From the IMG/VR virus record IMGVR_UViG_3300044756_000004, positions 1-50,098 of that record: DNA of 50,098 bases; one strand, given 5' to 3'. The position numbers and the translations under genes were made by a program. The DNA is from a virus (taxonomy: Duplodnaviria > Caudoviricetes). Below are positions 8,507 to 17,857 of this stretch, piece after piece. Position 1 is the first letter of the stretch. Every line of letters starts with the position of its first letter. The notes below the pieces were generated by a model that worked only from the letters and a program-made list of their open reading frames with translations, ran no database searches and was not told where the DNA came from.

Positions 8507-10013
8507 GATCGTCGAACAGCATATTCCCTGCCCCAGTTGCCCATCTTCGGATGCTTATTGCATCTATGAGGATGGGCACGGGTATTGTTTTTCTTGTTCC
8601 TTTTTTAAGCCTAAGGATAATCTAATTTTAGAAGATAAATTTACCTTTGAGTATTTACCCTACAGAGGCATTAACAAAGAAACATTTAGAAAATACAACG
8701 CCATCACCAAGGTGGATGCGGATGGGAAACCTATTGCAATCTCATACCCACACCCGGACGGACAGAGTGCTAAGGTAAGAACATTACCGAAGGACTTCAA
8801 GTACGTAGGCGATGTATCTAAGACTGGTTGTTTTGGTACTAATGTGTTTGCGCCCGGCAGTCACAAATACCTAACTATCACAGAGGGGTACGAAGATGCT
8901 CTATCGCTTCATCAGGTTCTTAACAGTCCTGTTATTTCTGTTAAATCAAGTGGCTCTGCTCTTTCTGATTGCACCAAGGATCGGAGTTACATTAACTCCT
9001 TCGAGCGCATATACTTGGCTTTCGACGGAGATGGACCGGGTAGAGAAGCGGTTGCGGCCGTGGCTAAGTTGTTTGACTACAACAAACTCTACGACGTCCG
9101 TTTTCCCGGTGGAACTCGAAAAGATGCGAACGACTATCTCAACGCCGGAGAGCAATCAGAATTAAGGAATCTGTGGTGGAATAGCCGGAAGTTCCTCCCA
9201 GATAACATCGTTTCATCATTCGATGAGTTCGAGAAGGAACTTTCGACACCACCTAAGTATGGCGTGTCGTGGCCATTTCCTACTCTGACGTACATGACCT
9301 ACGGGTTGCGTACGAAAGAGGTCGTCCTCATTACCGCACAGGAAGGTGTTGGTAAGACTGAGGTAATGCATACCCTCGAACATCATCTCTTAAAGGAGAC
9401 TAACGATGCGATCGGTGCGATCTACCTTGAAGAGTCAAAGCAGCGACACTTACAATCAATTGCGGGGATTGAGCTACAAGCTCCAGTACACCTGCCGGAC
9501 AGCGGCTATTCGACTAGCGAGGTATTCAGTGCTCTCAAGTCGGTGGTGCGCTCCGACGATCGTCTGCATGTCTATAGTCATTTTGGTTCTGATGATCCAG
9601 AAGCTCTTCTTGACACTATTCGGTTTCTCGTTACTGCCCGTGGCTGTCGTTGGATTATGTTTGACCTTATTTCTCTATCCGTGGCTGGCCTTGGCGGAGA
9701 TCGAGAGAGAGAAGCCCTCGAATACCTCTCCGCCCGCCTCGAAATAATGACGCAGGAGTTAGACTTCGGGTTGATAATGGTGAGTCATGTCAATGACTTT
9801 GGTCAGACACGTGGCTCACGAATGATTTCAAAGAATTGTCATATCCGGATTGATCTCTCTCGTGATGTCACCAACCCTGACGATAGAGTACGGTTAACTA
9901 CAGTTGTGTCCGTAAGTAAGAACCGTCCTGCGAGACGTACAGGCCCGGCAGGACAGCTTCTATTCAACGATATAGCCTGTACTCTGAAAGAGAACTCAGA
10001 TGTCATGGCTTGA
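8499..10013 (+). CDS. T7 gp4-like DNA primase/helicase
   Basis: Zn ribbon CPSC...CFSC; TOPRIM ITEGYEDA, FDGDGPG, KDANDYL; Walker A AQEGVGKT; VSHV, RGS, KNR. Confidence 0.95.
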   Translation: MSKIVEQHIPCPSCPSSDAYCIYEDGHGYCFSCSFFKPKDNLILEDKFTFEYLPYRGINKETFRKYNAITKVDADGKPIAISYPHPDGQSAKVRTLPKDFKYVGDVSKTGCFGTNVFAPGSHKYLTITEGYEDALSLHQVLNSPVISVKSSGSALSDCTKDRSYINSFERIYLAFDGDGPGREAVAAVAKLFDYNKLYDVRFPGGTRKDANDYLNAGEQSELRNLWWNSRKFLPDNIVSSFDEFEKELSTPPKYGVSWPFPTLTYMTYGLRTKEVVLITAQEGVGKTEVMHTLEHHLLKETNDAIGAIYLEESKQRHLQSIAGIELQAPVHLPDSGYSTSEVFSALKSVVRSDDRLHVYSHFGSDDPEALLDTIRFLVTARGCRWIMFDLISLSVAGLGGDREREALEYLSARLEIMTQELDFGLIMVSHVNDFGQTRGSRMISKNCHIRIDLSRDVTNPDDRVRLTTVVSVSKNRPARRTGPAGQLLFNDIACTLKENSDVMA

Positions 10014-10282
10014 CGGGATATCCAGCACTGAGCGTCGGGAAATGATGGAAGAAATCTGTGAAGCATTTCATGACATGCTCATTACAGAAGATGAACTTCG
10101 CCAACAACTGGGAAAGTTAGGATATAACGCTACCGACATTGAAGAAAATATCGAAGAAAATAGGCCATAGGAGTTGGGGATGGTGATCAGCGGTAAGGGA
10201 AGTACGTACGACTACTATGAAGCACTACAACTAATCAAAAACAGGTTGTCAGAGACAACCGATAATAAGATGGGATCAACCC

Positions 10283-10474
10283 ATGAAAAACCGATCTCCG
10301 TTCACGAAGGAGATTGTGTTGATGGCGTTAATGGGCCAATCAGCGGGACAGATAATCCAGAAGTTAAAGACAGTCCCCCCAACAACGATCTACGACATAA
10401 TCCGTAAATATACGAAAGAAGTTCGTATCCTCATTAGGGAACTCCCTGAGGATCAGGAAGAGTTAGACCTCTAG
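10283..10474 (+). CDS. Small possible HTH-like protein
   Basis: SAGQIIQKLKTVPPTTIYDIIRKY is HTH-like. Confidence 0.45.
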   Translation: MKNRSPFTKEIVLMALMGQSAGQIIQKLKTVPPTTIYDIIRKYTKEVRILIRELPEDQEELDL

Positions 10475-10482
10475 GAGGTAAT

Positions 10483-10872
10483 ATGACAATCATGGAAGAA
10501 CCAGTTCAGGAAGAACTGAGAGAGACTCAGTATCCTAAACTCCGAGTTCTCACTGGAGGGAAGGGTCCACCAGAACCTCCGCCAGTTAATAACTGGTTAG
10601 CAGAATTAGCTGCAGGTACGACATTCGTAGCACGTGAACGTACCATGAAACAACAGCTTGACTACAACCTCTATCATGTGCTATTTAAAGACCTCCCGAA
10701 GGTGATGCTTCTTACATGGAAGCTCCCTGATGGTAAACTTCTTGATTGCTATGTAGACCCTCAGAGGTTCAGCAATCGTATGGAACTAGGTGTCATCCTA
10801 GGTATAGAAACAGAGGTGGAACAACCACCCAAGGAAATCTCCCATGACCCAGACGACAACCGATACGAATAA
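10483..10872 (+). CDS. Hypothetical protein
   Basis: AGGAGG RBS; 129 aa. Confidence 0.75.
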   Translation: MTIMEEPVQEELRETQYPKLRVLTGGKGPPEPPPVNNWLAELAAGTTFVARERTMKQQLDYNLYHVLFKDLPKVMLLTWKLPDGKLLDCYVDPQRFSNRMELGVILGIETEVEQPPKEISHDPDDNRYE

Positions 10873-11041
10873 CGTAATCTATATTGACCATGCTACTTGG
10901 TATACTATGCGTCAATTGAAAGAGAACATTGCCTTCATGAAGAATGACAAAGAAAGTCAGTACGATTTGTCATTGAAGGCTGAGACAGATTTACTTAGAC
11001 ACTTTATGGATAGTGTCCTCAAACGAAAGGAAGCCGCGTGA
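10844..11041 (+). CDS. Small hypothetical protein
   Basis: AAGGA RBS; overlaps its neighbours. Confidence 0.6.
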   Translation: MTQTTTDTNNVIYIDHATWYTMRQLKENIAFMKNDKESQYDLSLKAETDLLRHFMDSVLKRKEAA

Positions 11042-11212
11042 ACAACTATAACAACAGAGGCACTCTGCTGGACAGAGCAGCAAAAGCTATGTCAAATATT
11101 ACTGTCATCGGCGTGTGCTGCGCTGTGCTGGCAGCAATGGGTTATCTGGCAAGCCAGCACATCAACTGCGTTGACTTCTTTCAGAAGTTCTGTGTAATCC
11201 ACTGATAATTAA

Positions 11213-11234
11213 GCCCGCCTTCGGGCGGGTGTTT
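11213..11234 (+). terminator. UUCG hairpin, possible weak terminator before the polymerase gene
   Basis: GCCCGCC-TTCG-GGCGGGT followed by GTTT. Confidence 0.5.
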
Positions 11235-13200
11235 GGTCATTTTGAGAATAGTAATAGACATAGAATGTAATGCACTTGTCAACCCTGACAGGTGCTGGTT
11301 GGTTGTCGCTAAAGACCTAGACACAGGGAGTTATCATGTCTTCAGGAATCTTACAGAGGACCCACAAGAGGCTCGTGACTTCAGAGAATTCTGTAGTAAG
11401 GTTGAGTTATTCGTGGGCCATAATTGGCTTGGTTATGATTGGCCTGTGCTCGTATTACTGGGTCTTCTTGAACCTCGTGATATTATACCTCACTCGCTCG
11501 ATACCCTCATCGTATCCAAACTAGTCGATTACTCTCGGAATGGGCATTCCATCGAGGATTACGGCCGTGAGTTTGGATTAGAGAAGGGGAAGTTCACAGA
11601 CTTTTCTAAATACTCCCAACAAATGGAGGATTATTGTGTTCGCGATGTAGACATATGTCATCGCATATATCTTAAGTACCTTAAGTATGTTTCTAATATT
11701 CAACATCGGCCTAGTATTATACTGGAACACGAATTTCAACTTGTGGTCAACGAGCTTCATAACAATGGTTTTGGCTTTAATAGTCGTAAGGCAAATAATC
11801 TCCTCGAAAAAGTTTCCAAAGAACTGGCCGCATTAGATAAAGATATCCTTGAAGCATTTCCTTCTAAGTTGAAGTTGATTAAAGAGATCACTCCAAAGGA
11901 GACTAAATTTGGAACTATATCACTTACTTCCATCCCCAGAAATATGCGTGATAGTATTAGTAATCTTAACGTTGGAGCACCTTTTTGCTATTGCGCTTGG
12001 ACAACCTTCAATCCTTCTTCTCATAAGCAGATTGTTGAAGTACTTAACCAAGCGGGATGGAAACCCATAGATCGTACTCAGACCCACATAGATACCCAAA
12101 GAAGGTGGGATCGGCTGAAGTATGCTAAAGGGAATAGAATAGCACTTGACACCGAGAAGAAAGAAGTCTATACTAAGCTCCAAGAATTAAGTAAGACTGG
12201 CTGGAAAGTCAACGAAGTTAACTTAGAGACTTTACCCCCATCTGCCCCTCCTTCAGCTAGAACTCTAGCTAAGCGCATCCTCCTTGAGTCCAGACGCCGA
12301 ACTCTCACCGAATGGTTAGGGCTTGTAACCGCTGATGACCGTATACACGGAAAATTCTATGGCATCGGTGCTTGGACTCATCGGATGGCGCATCAATCCC
12401 CCAATACTGCCAACATCCCCAACGAGTATGACACTGCGGGCAAGAAGAAGTTGCTCGGCAAAGAACTCCGCTCTCTTTGGTGTGCACCTCGCAATCGTCT
12501 GCTCGTTGGGGTTGACGCGGAAGGAATTCAACTCCGTATCTTTGCTCATCTGATTAACGATCAGGAGTTTACAGATGCCCTTGTCAATGGCAGAAAAGAA
12601 GACAAGACCGATCCACATTCGCTTAACCAGTCGATCATTGGTAGTACGTGTAAATCTAGAGCCGCTGCAAAACGTTTCATCTACGCTTTACTTCTCGGAG
12701 CGGGCTTGCCTAAACTGGCTGAAATCCTTGGGTGCACAATACCCGAAGCACAACAAGCGCTTGATAATTTGTTGGACCGATATTCCGGCTGGCAGACACT
12801 TAAGGAACAGGTTTTTCCGAAAGACGCAAAGCGCGGCTGGTTTACAGGACTGGATGGTCGCAAGGTCGCTATTCCCGGAGAGACAGCGAGCAACCGTAAA
12901 CATCTAGCGATGTCAGGTTATCTTCAAAATGGCGAAGCTGTCTGTATGAAGCTTGCCACTCTGAAGTGGATAGATAAGCTAAAGGATTACGATGCAAAGT
13001 TGGTCAACTTCGTTCACGATGAATGGCAGACTGAATGTCCGAATAACATGGAGACAGCCTTGGCTATTGCAAGTATGCAAGCCGACAGTCTCCGTATCGT
13101 TGGAGATGACTTGAAGCTCAATTGTCCGTTAGCAGGGAGTTACTACAATGACGATCTCAAGGACTACACCATCGCAACGAATTGGGCTCACACACATTGA
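11233..13200 (+). CDS. polA: Family A DNA polymerase with 3'-5' exonuclease (true start may be TTG 11242)
   Basis: Exo motifs DIECN, HNWLGYD, YCVRDV; motif A DAEGIQLR; motif B RAAAKRFIYALLLG; motif C VHDE. Confidence 0.95.
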   Translation: MVILRIVIDIECNALVNPDRCWLVVAKDLDTGSYHVFRNLTEDPQEARDFREFCSKVELFVGHNWLGYDWPVLVLLGLLEPRDIIPHSLDTLIVSKLVDYSRNGHSIEDYGREFGLEKGKFTDFSKYSQQMEDYCVRDVDICHRIYLKYLKYVSNIQHRPSIILEHEFQLVVNELHNNGFGFNSRKANNLLEKVSKELAALDKDILEAFPSKLKLIKEITPKETKFGTISLTSIPRNMRDSISNLNVGAPFCYCAWTTFNPSSHKQIVEVLNQAGWKPIDRTQTHIDTQRRWDRLKYAKGNRIALDTEKKEVYTKLQELSKTGWKVNEVNLETLPPSAPPSARTLAKRILLESRRRTLTEWLGLVTADDRIHGKFYGIGAWTHRMAHQSPNTANIPNEYDTAGKKKLLGKELRSLWCAPRNRLLVGVDAEGIQLRIFAHLINDQEFTDALVNGRKEDKTDPHSLNQSIIGSTCKSRAAAKRFIYALLLGAGLPKLAEILGCTIPEAQQALDNLLDRYSGWQTLKEQVFPKDAKRGWFTGLDGRKVAIPGETASNRKHLAMSGYLQNGEAVCMKLATLKWIDKLKDYDAKLVNFVHDEWQTECPNNMETALAIASMQADSLRIVGDDLKLNCPLAGSYYNDDLKDYTIATNWAHTH

Positions 13201-13295
13201 TTGTGAACCCGTATGGGAGGAGGATGAAATAATTTTATTTGACATGTACACCAAAGATGGTGTATGGTTAGGAAGTAAGCGTTTGCTTAGATATT

Positions 13296-13529
13296 GTGAG
13301 GAATTTAATGACCAGTTTAAATGACGCAAGTATAAAACATACTGCAACCTACGTTGTCGGATTTGTTGCAGGTCTTCTAGATGGGATGGCTCCCGGAACA
13401 TGGACTTCAATAAATCTCTATCACGATGATAACGGCTTATATGATGTAGCTGTTGTTGAAGGTCCATTAGATCGAAACGGAAATCTCTGGAATACTCCAG
13501 AAGGTTTAGAACTACCTAATAAAAATTAG
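13296..13529 (+). CDS. Small hypothetical protein
   Basis: ORF only; start uncertain. Confidence 0.5.
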   Translation: MRNLMTSLNDASIKHTATYVVGFVAGLLDGMAPGTWTSINLYHDDNGLYDVAVVEGPLDRNGNLWNTPEGLELPNKN

Positions 13530-13539
13530 AGAATTTATT

Positions 13540-13698
13540 ATGACAAGTTATGCAGTTAATTGTTCATTTAACGAAACCATTTTTATTGATGCTTCCGACA
13601 AGGAAGAGGCTGAAGATTTGGCCAAAGAAAACTTTGAGGTTGAGTACGGGTTGGCACCGGGTCAATGCTCCATTGAAAGTATAGAGGAAATTAAGTAA
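13540..13698 (+). CDS. Small acidic protein (52 aa, MTSYAVNCSFNETIFIDASDKEEAE...)
   Basis: Read manually; fills the gap up to the SSB start. Confidence 0.6.
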   Translation: MTSYAVNCSFNETIFIDASDKEEAEDLAKENFEVEYGLAPGQCSIESIEEIK

Positions 13699-14187
13699 TT
13701 GGCTTCAGAATTTATTGACGTTCAAGGCAAGGTGTCTTGGCTCCACGCGGTTGGATTTAATCGCTTCGACAAATGGAGCGTAACTCTTCACCCCGATACC
13801 CGTAGCCTTGAAGTCATTAGAGACTTACAGGCCCAAGGTATTAAGAACCAAATGAAGAAGGATGACGACGGATATTATATCCAGTTCTCCCGTGAGCCAA
13901 GTAAGCTCATGCGGGGTAAAGTTGTAGCCTTCGCAGCACCTAAGGTTGTCGATAAAGACGGTGTACCAATCGACGGTAGTAGAGTCGGTAACGGCTCAGA
14001 CGTCACTGTACGATTGGAGGTGTACCAGCACGGTACGCCTAACGGTGGGAAGGCTAAGGCAGCTAGGTTTGATAGCATCCGCATTGACAACCTTGTACCC
14101 TACCAACCTGATCGTGACCTTGGATCACAAGACGAGAAGGACGCAGTTAAATCACTAACTGAAGCTCCTGAACCATTGTTTAATTAG
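13699..14187 (+). CDS. Single-stranded DNA-binding protein (T7 gp2.5-like)
   Basis: P(K)VVD...VGNGSDV motif, KAARFDSIRIDNLVPY, acidic tail ending in an aromatic residue (EPLFN); sits after the polymerase. Confidence 0.75.
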   Translation: MASEFIDVQGKVSWLHAVGFNRFDKWSVTLHPDTRSLEVIRDLQAQGIKNQMKKDDDGYYIQFSREPSKLMRGKVVAFAAPKVVDKDGVPIDGSRVGNGSDVTVRLEVYQHGTPNGGKAKAARFDSIRIDNLVPYQPDRDLGSQDEKDAVKSLTEAPEPLFN

Positions 14188-14189
14188 GT

Positions 14190-15945
14190 ATTTGTTATTC
14201 CCTTTAGGAGGGAACCGCGCGTCCGTGAACGTTGACGGAGCAGAGGGTTTTAAACCAAACGCACCTCCTAATTCATTTTTCTGTCAGTGGTGTACGAAAC
14301 GTAGAAGACCCTGTAACACGTAGGGAGACTTATGAGCCCCGGTGGGTTGTGGACCTGCCTGATGTTACTGTTCTGGAGCGTGCTCAGCACACCAATCCTA
14401 GTAGGACGTCTTAGGACGCTATCTGTAAGACAAAGTGAGCTACAGGTTTGATCGAACGGATGGAGGAGCGGATTTACGACCCGTGTGACAGAAGAACTGT
14501 CCCTCGTAGTCCAAATACTTGAGGGATACCCCAGTGTGTAGGTGTGATCGTATCAGGTGCACATTGCAGCCGGAAGGTTAGCCGGACTCCCGTCGTGTTA
14601 CCCGATGGAGGCTAAAACAGGGAACACCAAGGTGTATATCGTTTCCTCTCCAGTGATATCTGGTTAAACATCAGCAAGCGGTTTAATAGTCCTACCCTAG
14701 AGTGGGTCCGTACGCAAAGGCGGAGGCCAACACCAACCAAGACTTAAGCTCTGGTAGACAGCAAAGACTAAAGAAGCAACGACCCCTTTGTTGGGTACAG
14801 CCCATCCTGAAGGAAGTTAGCTTCGATGTTATCTGCACATGTGAAACCTAGAATGAAGTGTACGCCAAAACTATAGCGGAATATGGCTTATGGCCGTGAC
14901 TTAAGCTCCGGTACGGTCCCCGTGATGATTAGTGTAATCGGCGAGTGCAGCTGCCCCGTGCATGGTTAAAGGTTAGCCAAAAACCAGCAGTAGTATGGAG
15001 GTTCAAATCTCCCATTCTTTGAATAGTCTGTGACGGACTAAGTAGCTCAGATAATGGAACCGAGCAGTACCGCTATGGTACTAAACGTACTCAAACCCAT
15101 TAAGCGCAAGATCGGCCCTGAACCGATCCTAGGCACTGGCTATGAACCATCAGTCCCATGTATACGCATGACCCCGAGGGGGTCCTAGACTACGCTCTGC
15201 GTTGACGAAGCTCTGGGCCAAGGCTGAAAAGGACTAGCAGGTTGGTCGCGAACACTCCGTAGCCTGTAACCCAACTCGGTGGTGAATCGAGGTCTTTGAC
15301 TAACGGGAAACCAATACGGAAAGGACAGACCGTCCGGATGTCTAACATCTGGTCACTCTGTTTATCTGAATCTGCACCACCTGTTTCGTGGCAGCAGACG
15401 CCCCTGCAAACCTGAATCAGGTTCATCTCAGGAAGAGCGTAATCTGAAGCAGGAAACGCCGCCTCTTTGGCCGAAAGGTTTTTAAAAAAGCGGAGAGCCC
15501 TGAAACAAACGACGACTACAAGTAGTTAGAGCAGGAACAAAACTGGCTCACACGAAGGTGTAGAAGTGATCAGCATCTCAGTCTCTGTATATGTACACTA
15601 TCTTACACAGTGGAAACCACGCAAGATATGCTCTGCGTAAATACAGCCGGGACCTGATCCGTACGAACGTAGATTGTGAGAAGGGTAATCAATCCCCTCA
15701 CGACGTCCTGAACCTCAACACTCCTTAAAATTCCAGCAGATTACTGGATAGAGAGGGAGTATCAACCGAACGGAGATCGGCAATGATGTTCAACGATGTA
15801 ACCCCCAGAAGAATAAGATGTTTAATAGACCATCGGCAACTTGGACAACCTCCTTAACAAAGAGGGGCGATAGTTAGCGATGGGGCCATGACTACCACGT
15901 GTCATATACCGTGGCGCTCTGGCCCCGCCCCCAACGCCCCCACAA
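14190..15945 (+). ncRNA. Candidate large structured non-coding RNA or RNA cluster
   Basis: No credible ORF across ~1.75 kb; continuous nested stems with G-U pairs favouring the + strand; GAAA-type loops. Confidence 0.65.
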
Positions 15946-15958
15946 CCGGAGAAGTAAC

Positions 15959-16279
15959 ATGGCTAAGAATGGATCAGATTTGGTCGCAGTGTTGGAATAC
16001 CTCGACCGCAAGACAGCTTTCAAGCCGCCCAAGTCGGGCCGTAAGACTAGGAAGTTGGTTATCCCAGATGAATTCGATTTGATTTCCTACGTTCAGAAGA
16101 AGGAAGAAGAAGTCGAACGTTGGAAGAAGTATTTGAAGGACAAAGAGAAGTTGGAGAAGAAGGACACCAAACCAGAGTATAAGGGACCGAACCTGAAGTT
16201 CGTCGAATGGTACATCATTGGTATTCTCTCTTATCCTCTTGTCGGTCATATCTGGCAACTCGCAACAACAGTAAAGTAA
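15959..16279 (+). CDS. Hypothetical protein with C-terminal hydrophobic segment
   Basis: GGAG RBS before MAKNGSDL. Confidence 0.7.
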   Translation: MAKNGSDLVAVLEYLDRKTAFKPPKSGRKTRKLVIPDEFDLISYVQKKEEEVERWKKYLKDKEKLEKKDTKPEYKGPNLKFVEWYIIGILSYPLVGHIWQLATTVK

Positions 16280-16280
16280 A

Positions 16281-17144
16281 TTGGCTTCAATACACACACT
16301 AATCCCTGACATCTACAAACTCGTGGGGTCCGACAATGGCTGGCTCACCGATCTGGTCGCATCCGATATGGGTGACGACATTGCAAGCGCTCTCAAAGTT
16401 TCCTTCGGACCACAAGAGCCACGTGGTTTACGTCTCAGTGGCCTTGGCCCCTCCTGCCCTAAAGCTCTCTGGCATCGCATCCGTACCCCCGAGCTTGCAG
16501 AACCCCTTCCTCCATATGCCCGTATCAAATACTCCTATGGACACATCATCGAGCACCTCGTTATCGGTCTCGCGAAAGCCGCAGGACATGAAGTAACAGG
16601 AGAGCAAGATGAAATCTCTGTTGATGGAGTCACCGGCCACAGGGACTGCGTTATTGATGGTTGCATCGTTGATGTCAAATCTTCTTCTTCCTTTGGCCTT
16701 CAGAAGCTCAAAGACAAAACTATTGCACAAGATGATAATTTTGGGTATCTGGATCAACTTGACGGGTATCTTGTGGGGTCAATGGATGACCCTCTGGTCC
16801 GTACTAAGGACCGGGCCTATCTCTTGGCTGTAGACAAAACCCTTGGACACATGGTGTTATATGAACACATCCTCAGAGAACAATCTATTAGGGAACGAAT
16901 ATCTGCTTACAAGCAAGTTGTTCGATCAGATCAACCACCTCGATGCGAATGCGGGATTGTCCCTGACGGAAAAAGTGGCAATCTTAAGCTCGATACAAAA
17001 GCTAGTTACAGTGCTTTTCGCCACGTATGCCATCCGGGCCTGCGGACGTTTCTTTACGCGTCAGGACCCGTCTACTTAACCAAGGTGGTTCGCCCACCTG
17101 CTCCATATATAATTGAGTTAAAGCAATGGAACAATTTACAATAA
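16281..17144 (+). CDS. PD-(D/E)XK (Cas4-like) exonuclease
   Basis: RLSGLG.SCPKALW; GHIIE; GHRDCVIDGCIVDVKS; YLDQL..Y. Confidence 0.85.
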   Translation: MASIHTLIPDIYKLVGSDNGWLTDLVASDMGDDIASALKVSFGPQEPRGLRLSGLGPSCPKALWHRIRTPELAEPLPPYARIKYSYGHIIEHLVIGLAKAAGHEVTGEQDEISVDGVTGHRDCVIDGCIVDVKSSSSFGLQKLKDKTIAQDDNFGYLDQLDGYLVGSMDDPLVRTKDRAYLLAVDKTLGHMVLYEHILREQSIRERISAYKQVVRSDQPPRCECGIVPDGKSGNLKLDTKASYSAFRHVCHPGLRTFLYASGPVYLTKVVRPPAPYIIELKQWNNLQ

Positions 17145-17365
17145 AAATACTAAACAAAGCTACAACTATGGATATGGTACTTCGTTATTACTCTGCTCAA
17201 AAAACCCTTACTTATTTTAATAATAAGAAGTTAGTTCTTCTTGATGGACATCTTGGAGAAGCTGGACAATTTCACGGTCCCATTTGGGCTCTTGTTGACG
17301 AAGACAATAAATGTTTAACAGTAACCCGTGAATTGACCGATCTTCTTTCTTTGAAAGAAATATGA
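17126..17365 (+). CDS. Small hypothetical protein (AT-rich)
   Basis: ORF overlapping the nuclease stop. Confidence 0.5.
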   Translation: MEQFTIKILNKATTMDMVLRYYSAQKTLTYFNNKKLVLLDGHLGEAGQFHGPIWALVDEDNKCLTVTRELTDLLSLKEI

Positions 17366-17503
17366 TGGAAAAATGGAAGAAGAATGCTTGGCGGTCCGTC
17401 TGGACTCAACGTCGAGATGAATTAGTCAGAGCATGTGCTCGCTACCCGGACTCCGATAGGTATCCGACACGGCAGATCGAACTTCAGGAGTTGAACGCAA
17501 AGC

Positions 17504-17857
17504 TTGAAGACCTCGACAAGGAATAGATATCTCCTTAAGAAATTTGGGATAACAGAGGAACAGTATGATGAGCTTTTCAGGAAACAAGGCGGACGCTGCG
17601 CAGTATGTAAACGATTATCTTCTAGCTTCAAAACCCGGCTCGCTGTCGATCACGATCACCGATCAGGACACATCAGGGGGTTGCTGTGTATACATTGCAA
17701 CCGATATGTCGTCGGACGACATCGTAAAGATGTTGGGTCAAGCTTGCTTAGAGCGGCTTACGAGTACTTAGAAGCAGAATACCCCGGATGGATAGTACCA
17801 CCGAAGAAGAGGAAAAGACATGGTAGGAAAAGATTACGACGAGTTCGACATACGTGA
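17504..17857 (+). CDS. Recombination endonuclease VII-like protein
   Basis: KFGITEEQY...QGGRCAVC...LAVDHDH..GHIRGLLCIHCN. Confidence 0.9.
   Translation: MKTSTRNRYLLKKFGITEEQYDELFRKQGGRCAVCKRLSSSFKTRLAVDHDHRSGHIRGLLCIHCNRYVVGRHRKDVGSSLLRAAYEYLEAEYPGWIVPPKKRKRHGRKRLRRVRHT

Noticed and set aside
14997-15082. Functional amber-suppressor tRNA or stop-codon recoding
   Set aside because: No complete cloverleaf and no U33; genes terminate normally at TAG (e.g. SSB and the 6324 ORF).
14232-15426. ORFs 14232..14414 (+) and 15190..15426 (-)
   Set aside because: Short, no convincing RBS, unprotein-like composition; the second is antisense to the arm.
14190-15945. Group I/II intron, RNase P RNA, tmRNA or CRISPR array
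   Set aside because: The flanking genes are complete. I found no group II domain V, RNase P core, tmRNA acceptor/T-arm with CCA, or regularly spaced repeats by eye. A formal Rfam scan is still needed.
16281-17144. CRISPR-Cas system
   Set aside because: Solo Cas4-like nucleases are common in phages; no array or other cas genes.
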